Below are positions 23,345 through 36,094 of a DNA stretch of 64,000 nt, in pieces. The notes under the pieces are model-generated. The model saw only the letters and a list, made by a program, of their open reading frames with translations, made no database searches and had not been told where the DNA came from. This stretch comes from Eledone cirrhosa. Lineage: Eukaryota. The stretch lies in contig OZ024740.1 in NCBI GenBank assembly GCA_964016885.1, forward strand, positions 135,408,001 to 135,472,000, given 5' to 3'. Position numbers and translations under genes: made by a program. Numbering within the stretch: position 1 is the first letter of the stretch; every line of letters starts with the position of its first letter.

Positions 23345-25610
23345 CTATAGCATATGCAGCACACACATATATACAACAGTATGTATACACAGACACACAC
23401 ACAGAGTTTATTTCTAGATCGTAAAAAAAAATTGCTGCACATGCTATAAGTACTGTTATTTTTAACTGGCTCAATAATAACTGAAAGAAAGGATATTTAA
23501 TATTCAAACCAACACCAAGCATAGCATTAGTCCCTCTCGTAAAGTGTGCCTCATCATCAACATTATCATTATGTAATGCCAATTTTTCCCTGCTGGAGCT
23601 CAACCCTGTAGCAAAGTGACATCCCACCCAAGGGAAATTTCTTAACACCAAAGAAATTAGAATAAGCTCCAGCCTGATCTTCCTTCAGGTTCAAGAAAAA
23701 CTAACTCTTAACACACATACACACACACGTATCTAGTTAAAAAATAAGTACTTTAATAATAGAATGTTTATTACTAGAATTAGCAATTGATTCACCTAAC
23801 TTTATCTACAAACTGTCTAAATTTGCAATCCTCTGTAGAGTCATTTGAAGTATGACTAACATTTCCTTTATTATTTTACTATTTCCTGTCATAGGACTGC
23901 AGTCATGCTGGGCTGTGTGCTTTAGTCAATCATTTCGACCCCCAAAACTTAATGTTAAGTCTGTTACTCATTTCATTCATTTCTATTTGCTGAACTGCTA
24001 TATTTCAGGACAGGGCATAAACAAACGATACTGCTTGTTAAGCAGTGTAGACTAGATTATCATATGTGCATTTTTCCATGCCGGTAGGGGTTGGTTTTTA
24101 TTATAGATATACTGTATCCTTGTGACTAAAAGGATTGTTGCCAGGAAGGGTATCTGGCTGTAAAACATTGTCTCAAATACATCCTATCCAACTCATGCTA
24201 GCATGGAAAAGTGGATGTAAAAACGATGATGAAACAATGATATATATAGTAGGAACTTCTGCACAGTTTTTTCCAACCAAATTTCATTCTCAAGCCATTT
24301 GTTAACCCAAGGCTATAGTAGAAGACACTTGCTCAAGATGCCACACAGTGGGACTAAACCCAAGGCTATGTGGCTGCATAGTGAACTTCTATGCCCATAC
24401 ATATGTATAAGTGATTTGACTTACATACACACTTGTCAAATGTATTGAGTTTCTTGTAGATTGACATGTCTTAATAGCAAACAGTAGATCAGTACACCAG
24501 TTAGCTCTACCTCACCATTATCAAATTACTTATCCTTTTATTCTGTTCCTTGGTAACTAATCATCCATTCAACATAAGTGTGATTTTTGCTAATAAGCAA
24601 ACATTTAAAGCTTTCATGCTAGCCATAAATAAAACCAAATAAGATCAAATAGATAAGATTAATTTCCTTGTTTTCTTTATAATTATCTGCCCTGCTTCAA
24701 CAATTATGCCTACCTTAGGTTTCTTCCAGTGTAATCACATTCAATTATTTACTATTGTGACCAGTAGGCTGTAGTGATCTTAAGCTCCTGGGGAATAGGT
24801 GGTGATAGAGAAAGAACTAACAACTATACATAGTGGCTGACTGAAAATGTTATTTAGCTGATTTAAATGGCAATGGGGAAAAAATGGCTGATTCTTTATA
24901 TGTATAAAAGCTAAATTATATGAAACATATATAAGAAGTATGATGCTGTAGCGAAATGAAATATGGACAGTAATTTGAGAAGAACTGGTATTTGGAGAGG
25001 GAATGGTCTAATCGTGGGGAAATATTGATTTAATTTAAAGATTAGGGAAATAAAGAAGATTGTATATTTATTTATTTAATTAACAACCTACTGTATATAA
25101 TCATATATAAGCTGAGAAATATGACAAAAAAATCAATGGTAAAATGGAGGGTTGGCTTATATTTGAGGTCAATATTTTGCCTATTTTCACTAACTTCAAA
25201 ATTCTACATATATAAGGTGCTAAAATATTTTCATTGTGAAATTCCTATTTCCTATTGACTTTGTGTTTTGACTGAATATGGCCTTGAAAATGGTCAGAAG
25301 TTGGTGGTAAAAAAAACAAACCATTATGTAATAGTGTTGTGAAATAAAAACTATTCTCTAAACCACAGGTTCTCAACCGATTTAGGCCAAACGTTCCCTT
25401 TTGTGCCTCAAAATCATAAAATGCCCCCCTACCCTATTTTTCCATTTTTCAATATACTACTGATTTTGATATCAGTCGATTACTAAAAAATTGATTAACA
25501 ATATTCCAAAGATACCATTGCAGGCAGCTGAGAGTATAAATACATTTCTTCAAAGGAAATATATAAATTTCAAAAAAAGGAACATAAATGTTCTTTTTTT
25601 ATGAATAAGG

Positions 25611-26020
25611 AAGGCGCATGGCTTAGTGGTTAGAGCTGCAATCGAAAAGTTGTGAGTTCAATTCTCGGACCGGGTGATGTGTTATTTCCTTGAGCAAGAC
25701 ACTTTATTTCACATTGCTGTACTCAGTTTACTCAGCTGTATAAATGAGATGATAGAACTGGGGTCCCTTTCATTCCACTGCAGTGGTCGTGGAGGTGCCA
25801 CGGCAAAAAAAAGCACCCAGCCCACACTGTAAAAGTGGACGTGAGGCACCACGGAAAAAAGCATTCAGCACTCACTGTAAATGAGGTTGGAAGGGCATCC
25901 AGCTGTAGAAATCAAGCCAGAATCAGTAAGACAAAGTCAGCCAACCGGACTCTACCAAGAACAGGACAACCCGTCTAACCCATGCTAGCGTGGAAGAACG
26001 GACGTAAAACGGTGCTGCTG
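25611..26020 (+). mobile_element. tRNA-derived SINE family A (RTE-type 3' tail) inserted in the hAT
   Basis: Box A tggcttagtgg, box B gagttcaattc, central tccttgagcaagacacttta, and tail aacccatgctagcgtggaagaacggacgtaaaac. Confidence 0.88.
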
Positions 26021-26423
26021 AAGGACCAGTTGAATTTGTTATATTCCCACCAGGCGATACCAGCTATTTTGAATATTTATACAAGAGCAACTCTGTCTAT
26101 CCAAAGAGTGGTCTTATCTGGAAGAAAGTGGCAATTATATCATTTCAAACCTTTCCAATTTTCCCTTTATTGAAACAGACAGAATAAATGTTGATATCTA
26201 ACTTGATGTGCCCTCCGCTTTGTGAGCTTAGAGACCATGGAAGAGGGTTTTCATGACTATATAAGAGGGTATATTTATTAGTAAATGGTAAAATATATAC
26301 AACAAGATGAGTAACTGAATTGTAGTAGATGGTTTCCAGTCCAGTCAGACTGCAACTACAAATAAAAAAAATTGTTAGTTTGCTTTGTAACAATAGCATA
26401 TCCAAGTTTTCGGATAAATCAAC

Positions 26424-27550
26424 TTACTTTAACTTTGACCTGATTTCAATGGAACCCTTGAGCTTCATAGAGTCTGGCTGAATTTTTGTAAGATGTAGCC
26501 AGTGATCTCCACTAGCTAACTCTTTGTCGTGAGGCTGAATTTTCGTAAGATGTAGCCAGTGATCTCCATGTGTAATTACATTGTATTGGTTGCAAGACTT
26601 ACTGTGCAGTCTGGAAACAGCACCAAACCTCCTCTCAACTAGGTATGAGATTGGAAAAGGTAGAGCAAATCTCTTAGCCTCTGCTTGTAGGAATGGAAAT
26701 CGACGCTGAATTTCCTCTTGCATCCAAAAAAGGGGTTCACTTATTTTGGGAAATCTAATTTTGATCATGTCATCTGCTTGAAGTTCAATGAATTCTTCCT
26801 GAAATTTAACGTCCAAATCGTTGATGGTAGCTATGAAGGGATCTGCTATCCACATTGTGATGTCCATCAGCAAACGGTCAACAAACTGTTCTCTCATGTT
26901 GTCTTGTAGTGCACGGAGGTGAGCGGTATAAATTTGGAGTTGGTCATCGCTTACAATGTTTTGAACATTGGCGACACTAGGAAAATTATAGAATTCCCAT
27001 CAACAAAGATTCCTTTCGATGACATTCAATTTGGCCAGGAATGTTTTCACAGCATTCCTTGCTTTAAGCAAAGTGATCTTCTTTCCCTGCAAAGCCATAA
27101 TGACGCTATTGCATTTGTCAAAGATGTTAGCGAGGCAGGCGCAGTCTTGCCTCACATCGAGGGTTTTCTTGTACAGTTCTGTGTTGCATCCTCGAAGAAA
27201 CTCAACGATAGAGTCGAACAGTTTAAAGAAGTGAATAAGGCACTTGCTCTTTGAAAGCCACCTCATTTCAGTATGAAGGAGCAACTTGACGAATTCTTCG
27301 TCATTATCTTGGCACAGTTGCCGAAAAATTCGTTTATTGAGGGAATGGTGTTTGATAAAATTGATGACATCAATGGCCACCTGCAAGGACTTGCTCAGCG
27401 TCTCACTGAGTTTCTTCGCAGCCAAGTGTTGTCGATGAATGACACAATGAACAGCAAATACAGATAGATTTTCTCTCTTCAGAAGAGTGATGAAACCCTT
27501 ATGTTGGCCGACCATTGCTCTTGTGTCGTCCGTAGCACATGATACAATGT
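26424..27550 (-). pseudogene. hAT transposase remnant (catalytic and dimerization regions)
   Basis: IVSCATDDTRAMVG, VHCVIHRQHLAAK (CxxH), LLLHTEMRWLSK and PFPISYLVERRF. Frameshifted, N-terminus missing, with a 57-bp duplication giving GDHWLHLTKIQP twice. Confidence 0.88.
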
Positions 27551-27790
27551 TGTATGTAGTCCTAGATGTATGTATTACCTGCTTGTGTGTTGTATGTGGT
27601 CCTAGATGTGTGTATTACCTGCTTATGTGTTGTATATGGTCCTAGATGTGTGTATTACCTGCTTATGTGTTGTATGTGGTCCTAGATGTGTGTATTATCT
27701 GATTATGTGTTGTATGTGGTCCTAGATGTGTGTACTATCTGATTATGTGTTGTATGTGGTCTTAGATGTGTGTGCTACCCGCTTCTGTGT
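27548..27790. repeat. 40-bp minisatellite, 6 units
   Basis: tgttgtatgtggtcctagatgtgtgtattacctgcttatg recurs at 27548, 27588, 27628, 27668, 27708 and 27748. Confidence 0.95.
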
Positions 27791-30396
27791 TTTTTCTTTT
27801 CTTTTTTTTTGTGTTTGTAATATTATTTATACAATAAGGAATAAAATGGATCTACATAGTGTTAACTTGTTACGGTTGAGTCAATAATATCAGACATGAA
27901 ATATATTGTTATTGGTGAAGGAAAGACAAGATTCTAACTGGCCGCGCTCAAAGTGTCCTTGACTCAGTTGACTGTGGGTTTTTTCCATTTTTAAGATCTC
28001 AATTGCCGGTTAATGTCTAGACACGCCTGCAGACCTGCTTACAGCTGCGGTCAGACCATAGTTATGCTGTCTGCATGCACATTCTAATGCATTCACACTG
28101 GCTGTCTCAGAGACATACAAATATGGCTTATAAAACTTACCAAAGTAAAGAGCCTTCCAGTGCCCCCCCCCATTCCCCCGACTCCCCCTTGCTCCCCCCC
28201 CTCCCGGAGTTGCAAAACGCCCTCTGGGGGGTGCATATGCCCCCCATTGAGAACGTTTGCTCTAAACGACACTTAAAACATTTTAAATATCAAAATATTA
28301 AAACTTCATAAATATATTCTCCACTCATGAGAATTTCAAAACTACACCATGTAAACATAGTGTGTTGATAACTTACCTTGGCCTATAAACAGGGTTTGGA
28401 TTTTTGCCTATTTTTCAAGACATAAAATAGGGGGTTGGCTTATATTTGAGTATATATGGTAATCCCATTTGAAAACTGATGCACTGAAAAACTTCACCCT
28501 TTCACTACCATATTTCTAATGTAAACACTGCTTATTATTTTAAAATAACTTTGGAAATAATCAAGAATTTGAAGGGTTTGCGTAAATTAACGTTTTTCAT
28601 CATTAAGCTGGGGAACCAGAAAGATTCATACATAAAATGATGAAATATTTTTAGATAACATAAACATTTTATAACAAACAGTTTTGTATGGTATAACCAA
28701 TGGTGGTTCCAAGTATATTGTAAGAGTTAATCAAACTCAAATTGACAGATATAAACAAGATGATTGCATTTCAGAAGATTTGTCAGACCATAATTCTAAA
28801 TTTAAATCAATGTCTTGTCAATGGTTGAGTCATCCCTGTAAAGTCAACAATATAATTACTTGGGGAACATATGTAAACAAGATGTGGACCCCCAGTCCAT
28901 TTGAGTGGTCAGTAGCCTTTCAGCTATATTGCTGGTGGAAATTATGCTTCCCATCTCATCTCTTTTTTGGCCTGCTGTCATTCTGCCACCAAATATAATG
29001 GCCCTTTTGAGTCCTTGAGTTTGAGACCCCTGGTGCACCCAATAACAACTATTTAGAATATATAGTTCATTACTATTAATTATTTAATGGGTACCAGAAT
29101 CATTAATAGCTAAGCTTATAGTAACAAGATTTGGGCAAGTGCAATAATAAGGTTGGAACCCTACTTTCTGGAATTCAACTTCTGCCTCTGTCACCTTCAA
29201 CTTTCATCATTTTAATACTGGAATATTTATTCAATTAACTCTACTAGGTAAGAGTAAAGTGTATCAAAGGCCCATCAGATCAGAGCTTATCCTGGTCTCA
29301 TTGGCATTTAGCAACTGAGAGTACAACACTCTCTTCCTGGACATGACAAGAGTTTGTTACAGGGTTAACCACCAATTGCTGCTAGCACTCATTTTCTTCA
29401 GCTGAGTGTACTGGAGCAATTTGAAATAAAGTGTTTGGCTCAAGGATATGTGTCACTCCATCTGAGAATCAAACTAACAGCCTTACAATTATAGGCCCAA
29501 CATATGCATTCATTAATCAACTATATTACTCAGTCCTAGTCATAAGATTTTAATATTTCAAAATATAGCATAAACTGTCTTATTTTCATTTAACAGTTGG
29601 GTACAAATAGTTTGCTTTAGGGTAATTTTATTGTATAATACTCAAGTTCATTGCATGTCAGTTTCGTCAATTAATTCATAGATCCAGGAATAAAAATTGT
29701 AGAAGCTTACAGGATTACTTTTAACTTTCATCTACATTTTTGTGAGTGAAATTCAAACTATTTATTATTGCTGTTTAACACCAGATCAACCCTCATAAAG
29801 CTGGCCTATGATTATAGATGTTCAAACCATGACCATCCCATATTTTTTAGTGTCTCTCAGAATGACATAAACTTGTTTCCTTCCATGTTTTAAAACAGTA
29901 GTGTGATTTAAAGAGAATTTGAATACCGTTTCTAGCAAGTCAAATGATTATACAGAGGCACCTTCAAATTATTTTGTAATCTTATATATATTTATTTCAA
30001 GATCTATGTCCTTCTTTACCTATTAAATATAGTCAGAAGTTTTTTGAATAATGTCATTCTTTACTGATACAACACAGCCCAGCATGAATATTTTTAAAAA
30101 TTAGTATACAAAAATAAAGAAATATATATCTTTAAAGCATATATAGTCTTGCTTTGAAATATAATTTACACTCCAAGATATAAGCAAAGTATCTTATCCA
30201 GTGTAAACTGACACATTTTCCATATGCCTCAACAGTATCATGGTATTGGAATTAACACTAAGTTAAGCGTTAAAATAATTAAGTAATATACATTTATTGG
30301 ACTATAAAATTAAAAAAATATTCAATAATTAAAGCGTAAATGAGGTGAAATATTCATCCAGTTGAAACATTTTTCTTTTTCTGTGTTGGTTCTTAA

Positions 30397-30598
30397 CCCT
30401 TTAGCCTTTACATTACTCTATATTTACTATTATATTTTCATGGTAAAGGCTTACCTCACATAATTATCTCACACAATATTGAATCTAGAGATTTTGATAT
30501 TATTTATTTTGAGAACAATATCTTAACATCAGTATGAGTGGCCAGCTACAATCAGTTTGAACAGAAAGAGGTGAGAGAATTCTGGCTGGATAAGGTGG
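30397..30598. mobile_element. piggyBac-type MITE (degenerate right end)
   Basis: Starts ttaa|ccctttagc and is homologous over ~200 bp to 40393-40601. Confidence 0.6.
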
Positions 30599-31000
30599 TT
30601 AAGGTCTGCCAATTATGGTATTAGCTTAACAATTCCATTTTGTATTCATTAATTAGTGTTTACATTAATCATTTTGATCTCCTCCTCCTTCTTCTTCTTC
30701 TTCTTCTTCTTCTTGAAAGGGTCGTTGGGGCAGAGTCCTTACAATGACTGGAAAGAGGGATTTCCAGAAGGGTGACATCCTTGGGAAGAAGGAATAGTAT
30801 TTTGGTTAATATGGGTCTTGGTTGTGGGTGGACACAATATGACTGATGAAAGGAGGAGAGATGAGAAAGCCAGAAGCGGAGGTGGTATAAGACCAGCCAT
30901 TTCCAAGGGGAAGAGACCACTATGGTAGCAATTTATCTAATTATATATGTATGTATATATATAAAATAATTCTTACATTTGTCTCTGTTCTTATCTACAG

Positions 31001-31081
31001 GTGTTGCAAAACCTTGGGAAAGCTGCACGCACCACAGACCAAACATTTGATGAATATGTGAGCAATTTCAACAAGCAGCAG
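31001..31081 (+). CDS. Amph: Internal coding exon (exon 2 equivalent) of amphiphysin/BIN1 N-BAR protein
   Basis: Acceptor ttgtctctgttcttatctacag|, donor CAG|gtaaga, 81 nt, phase 0-0. It encodes VLQNLGKAARTTDQTFDEYVSNFNKQQ, compared from memory with BIN1 [27 protein letters not shown] and fly Amph ILQNLGKVDRTADEIFDDHLNNFNRQQ. Confidence 0.92.
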
Positions 31082-32544
31082 GTAAGATGTTTAAATATAT
31101 AAATAAATAAATACATAGCTTAAGAGAAAATTCAATATCGAATACTGATCTATAAAGCCTAAGTAAATTCTTTTAGATCAGAACTTAATCTATATTAGTT
31201 TCTGATCTAAAAAGGTTTTAAAATGTGATTTTATTTTAACTTGAGAACATATTCAGAGCTACTGATACTACTCTTTCCGCAGCACTTGTTATGTTGCATT
31301 CTATAGAATAATGTATTAGGATTAGAATAAATAAAATAGGAGTATTAATAATACCTTTTGTATATTGTGTTGATGTTGTTGTTGCTTTGCTTTTAATCTG
31401 GGAATTTTTCTGGTTATTTTTGAGTGAGCTTTTTTATTGTTGTTATTGTTATTGTAGTTGTGTAGATTTGAGCATATATATTGGGTGATGTGACAGTGAG
31501 GAAAAAAATATAGAGAGCAGCTGGAGGGGAACAAATAATAGTATATATCATATATAGTCATCTATAAGTTGCACTTCATTTTGCATACAACATTTACAGT
31601 GTCTCTTATACTTTAATTAAGCTGTTGTAGGTCCAGTAGATAAGATGCATGCTGGTATTTTTGTGAAAAAGATGTGTCTAACACACAAGTATATACAATT
31701 GTTGAACCTCTGTCACTTCTGATGACAAGTTTTCCAACATCGTGTTCATGAAATTAACATGCAAATGGCTGAGCATTCCACAGACATGTGTACCTTTAAC
31801 GTAGTTCTCAGGAAGATTTGGCTTGACATAGTGGATGACAAGGTTGGCCATTTGAATTATAAGTACAACACGATTTTACCAGATGAGTGGACTGGAGGAA
31901 TAGGAAAGAAAGTGTCTTGTTCAAGGACACAATGTACTGCTGAGAATTGAACTTGCAACCTTACAATCATAAACCAAACACCCAAACCACTAAGCTATGC
32001 ACCTTCACAACGTAAGTATATGTTATATTAAATATGCACTAGGAACTTGAGAGAGCTCAGATGAACTGAGAAAAGGGGTGACTATGTAGGTCTTGGTGAA
32101 TGCATCTATGAGGGAGAATTGTGATGCATTAGACATGATGAAAATGAAGAATACAAACCTGTCTCTGTTTCTACAGGGGTGAGGTGGGGGAGATAATTTC
32201 TTGTTAGCTGCTAGTTGAATAGAACACAAAAAGAAGTCTTAGAACTGTTATTAACTAGTTAGATTTGATCTGGAGGGAACTAGTCTTTATAGAAAAACTA
32301 ATAAAGAATAAAAATAGCTGAAATATAGGCTGACCTATCCATGTGACCATAGATGAGTAGGTGTTAAAACAATTGTAAGTTTTTAAAGCTATGTGATGAA
32401 TTAACTATTACTAACTATGCTTTGTGAATATTGCATTATTGAAATTTTTTCTAAATGTTATTTTTACCTGCATTCTCTCCATACCTGAGCTTTCAGGTGT
32501 CAAATTTTTGCATTCCTTACATTAATTTTGAAAGAAATGTAGGT

Positions 32545-32599
<55 letters not shown>

Positions 32600-32764
32600 A
32601 ATTCCATTTATATACAATATTATAGGAATGACATTTAATTTCCTGACAATATGACATTTTATATGATTCAGAGTAAATTGCTTATAAAGTCAGATAATAA
32701 AACTATGATTAAGTGTAGTCATGTTGAATGCCTACCTGAAATTGAATTTCTATACTGATTATAT

Positions 32765-33450
32765 ACATCATCATCATTCCTTTTTCTATCTGTTTTCCCA
32801 TGCTTGCATGAGTTAAATGAGTCTTCTCTGGTAGATAATCTTTTCAGTTGTTTTCTTTGTCTTCTTCGTTGTGAGGTTCAGTATCCTGAGAGCGGCCTTC
32901 ACCACCTCTGCCCATGTCTTCTTAGGTTTTCCTCTTCTGCATCTTCCTTCCACTTTTTCCCCCAATGGTCATAATCTATGTACATTACTTGCCCATACAA
33001 ATGCAATCTTATCTCATGCACACTACAAGAGAGATATGTCATGATTCCTCTCAAACCCAATTTTTCTCTTAACTAGTTATGCTCTGCCATTCATGCATAT
33101 TAACATTACATATCCAACAAAACTGGCTTGATTCATTTCTTTCTAACCTTTGCATATCTTACATTTAGTGCATATGTCTCACTACCATGAAGCATTGCAC
33201 TTCTCCTGCAAGCATCATACAAACATCATACCTTTCATTTGAAGAAAGAATCTCTTTGTTACTAATATAGGTAGTAGCTGTCTGAACTTTTTGCACCCTG
33301 CTTTTATTCTAGCTGCTATGCTTTCAGAGTATCTTCCTTCACTGCTAACTAGATTAACTAGATCACAAAGTTTTAAACTATTAAATGGAACTTTTCTCTG
33401 ATTGAAAAAACTTTATTTCTCTGGTGCTCCTACTGCCAACTGCCCATCTG
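32765..33450 (-). mobile_element. Old, decayed RTE 3' fragment
   Basis: (cat)n tail plus cccatgcttgcatg. Degenerate nucleotide similarity to the C-terminal coding part of the RTE copies. Confidence 0.7.
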
Positions 33451-33649
33451 CCACATACAAAGTCTACATTCTACATATAAAAATATAATTTATTTTTGTT
33501 CTTAGTACCTTGATTAATCAACTCTGATAAAAACAGGAAAACTTACATGGAAAAAGACAGTCAACATTGCACAGACATCTAAAAAGACTCTAAAAATAAA
33601 TTTTATTTAAATTATGATCTCAAAGTTGTACAATTAGATCAACAATATA

Positions 33650-34812
33650 TCTATACATATAAAACTAGTTGTCTGTGTGTGTCCTCATTTTTGCAAAGTC
33701 TATGCAAATCCACATTTCTACTCTGATTGACTTCAAACTTGCATTTATATATTCCTTGCGGTCTAAAGATATTAACTGCAGCTTTTATCTTTCAATTTTC
33801 TGTTGTTAAAGGGGTGTTAGGCGCCGGTTATCCATCTCTGTCGCGCTCTTATGATATCTGTCTGTATGCCTGGCTGTCTGCATTACGACATTCTGACGAA
33901 CATTGATGACGTATTATGTTCGCTATTTTCCGTTCATTGCCAGGGAATCTCTTCACGAACCAAAGTATCGTTTACCTGTTTTCCTTCGGTTGCAACATTT
34001 TTCGAAATATTTACTTCTGTGTTCATAGATTGATTTTTTTAGTTTCAGAAGATCCCGTTAAGGGTGAAAGCAGCGATTCTTTGCTTAAACTTTAATCTGT
34101 TATTTTAATATATAATATAAATGAGGCAAGCCAGCCCAGTTGCACTTCTTGCCAATAAACATTAACCCTTTGTGCGCCATTCATCTAACTGTATACCAAC
34201 AAATACCAACTAAACGGAGCATTGACAAGAACGATGGCAAATGAATATTCGAGGTAAGCAGTTTCCTCCCGAGCTGTTAGTTCACGCAGGATTCTCTGCT
34301 ACACCTTTTCGTAATAATACTGAACAATGTACTGTTGGTCACTCCTTCCTCCAAAAGCCGTACAAAGCAGACATGTGCATCAGGTAGATGGATCGGGTGC
34401 AAATCTACACCAGGTCTACGCGAGAAATTCGCAGGCGACTGCACCGACAGGGATAGAGAGAAAAAGTAACTTAGTGGAAAGAGTGCGAATGAACTTTTGA
34501 GGTAAGTAGCCTACGCCTTACTGCTATGACACTGGAACCTTCTGCCAACTTAACCTGTGACTTTCTCTTTCACATTTACTCCAAAAGGCCAAAAGAGAGG
34601 AGTATGAAAAGAAGGGGCTCAACAATATTTCTATGAACAATGCACGTAGACAGCTAAACTGTACTTTCAACTTCTTAATTTTCTCTAAATAAAACAAGTT
34701 TCCTGTTGGTATATTTTCGTGAGTTTTTAACAGGCACTCACAAATAAACGTTTCTCATTGGAGGTGCTATTACCAATGTTCTTACTCGTGCAACGCCGGG
34801 ATACACTGCTAG
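33650..34812 (+). mobile_element. Non-autonomous Helitron
   Basis: Starts A|TCTATACATATAAAA and ends ctcgtgcaacgccggg (imperfect hairpin) atacactgCTAG|T. Inserted between A and T with no TSD. Confidence 0.75.
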
Positions 34813-35846
34813 TTCCCTATAAAAAGGCAGTCAACATAAAGACATTTAAAATGTTCATGATGAAATAAAACCTTCCCTTTTTTTAGAATATAAAGATATT
34901 GGAATTTTTATTATGTTAACTTCCATTTTATAAAGGGAAAATTTGATATATAAAATATGACAAAATTCTCTTGTTTAAAACAACTACAAACCTCCTCTGA
35001 ATGACAAAATACTCATTACCCTACAATATCTGAATTATCAATATGTAAATATATAAGATTTTAACATCATTGCATGCAATAATGTTCAAATGTAAAGATC
35101 GCCCAAGCTTTCAATTTTTCAAATTCTTGTCGGTTTCTTCTGATAATGTTGTATTTGAAGCATCAAGAATTTTAATATGCATAGCCGAGGTTGACTTTGT
35201 CTTTCATCCTTACGGGGTCGATAAAATAAAGTACCAGTAATGCACTGGGTAATTGCTGGCCTTGTGCCTAAAGTAGAAACAATTATAAAGTTAAAAAGGA
35301 TTCTGAGAACAGCACAAGTTGTTTTGGACTAGTGTTATTTAAATGAAGACATTGAATCAGTTTACTTAGGATAACTATTGTTTTAACATGTTAATTTTAA
35401 TGAGCATGCTTAAATTAACAAGAGAAGTGATTAAATGAATTCATTATCATTTGTTCTCAAATATTGACTTGATAAGCCATCAAATTACACATCAATATAT
35501 TTAGTTCTCTAGAAATAGAGTTAGAGAAGCAATGCCTGTGTCTATTGCTGGCTCTTCTAGACTGGAGAGATTAATGTAGTTGATATCCAAACTGAACATC
35601 TGAAGATAAGTCTGTTGATACATGTGGGTAAGAAAGGAGTTTAGTTTGAATATTAGTGAACTTTGCTAAAGACACTAAAGGATCAGGTGTTAGTTTAGAC
35701 CCAAGTCAGCCCTGAACAAGCAGACTTATGATGTTCCAAGAATAACCACTTTATCCCTTTTTTAAAATTCGAATATCAGTGTACCTTGTGTAATGTTATC
35801 TAATTATTTTCAGGACTACATTATACAACTTTTTCCTTGTTTTTAA

Positions 35847-36094
35847 CCTTTTTGCTACCATATTACTAACAACAGATACTGTGTATTCTTTTCAAAACAT
35901 TTTGAAAATAATCAAGAATTTGTAAGGATTTACTAATATAACTAGCTTTCTCATGATTAAGCTGGTGTTTGTTTGGAACATAATATAACAAAGGTTCTTA
36001 CATAAAATTATGATAGGTTTTTAGATAAATAACACTTTAAAATACGGAGCTTTGTATTATAGAACCTGTTTCAGATGGTTTGGTATCGAAAGAG
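35847..36094. mobile_element. TTAA-flanked MITE (piggyBac-type), second family
   Basis: ttaa|cctttttgctacca...tggtatcgaaagag|ttaa. Related decayed copies lie at ~28496-28730 and ~45460-45815. Confidence 0.6.

Larger units (their letters stand above)
25364..28259 (-). mobile_element. hAT (Buster/Charlie-type) DNA transposon, internally deleted
   Basis: TIRs cacaggttctcaa and ttgagaacgtttg. Perfect 8-bp TSD CTCTAAAC at 25356-25363 and 28260-28267. Transposase remnants lie inside. Confidence 0.92.
25091..28459. mobile_element. Tc2/pogo-type MITE split by the hAT insertion
   Basis: Imperfect TIRs ta|ctgtatataatcatatataagc and gcttatatttgagtatatatgg|ta with TA flanks. Internal gggttggcttatatttgag occurs in both halves. 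Confidence 0.7.

Noticed and set aside
23147-23651. ORFs containing YIYIYI runs (many across the window)
   Set aside because: They are translations of (TA)n microsatellites.
27548-27790. CRISPR-like repeats
   Set aside because: Contiguous 40-bp units without spacers, i.e. a minisatellite.
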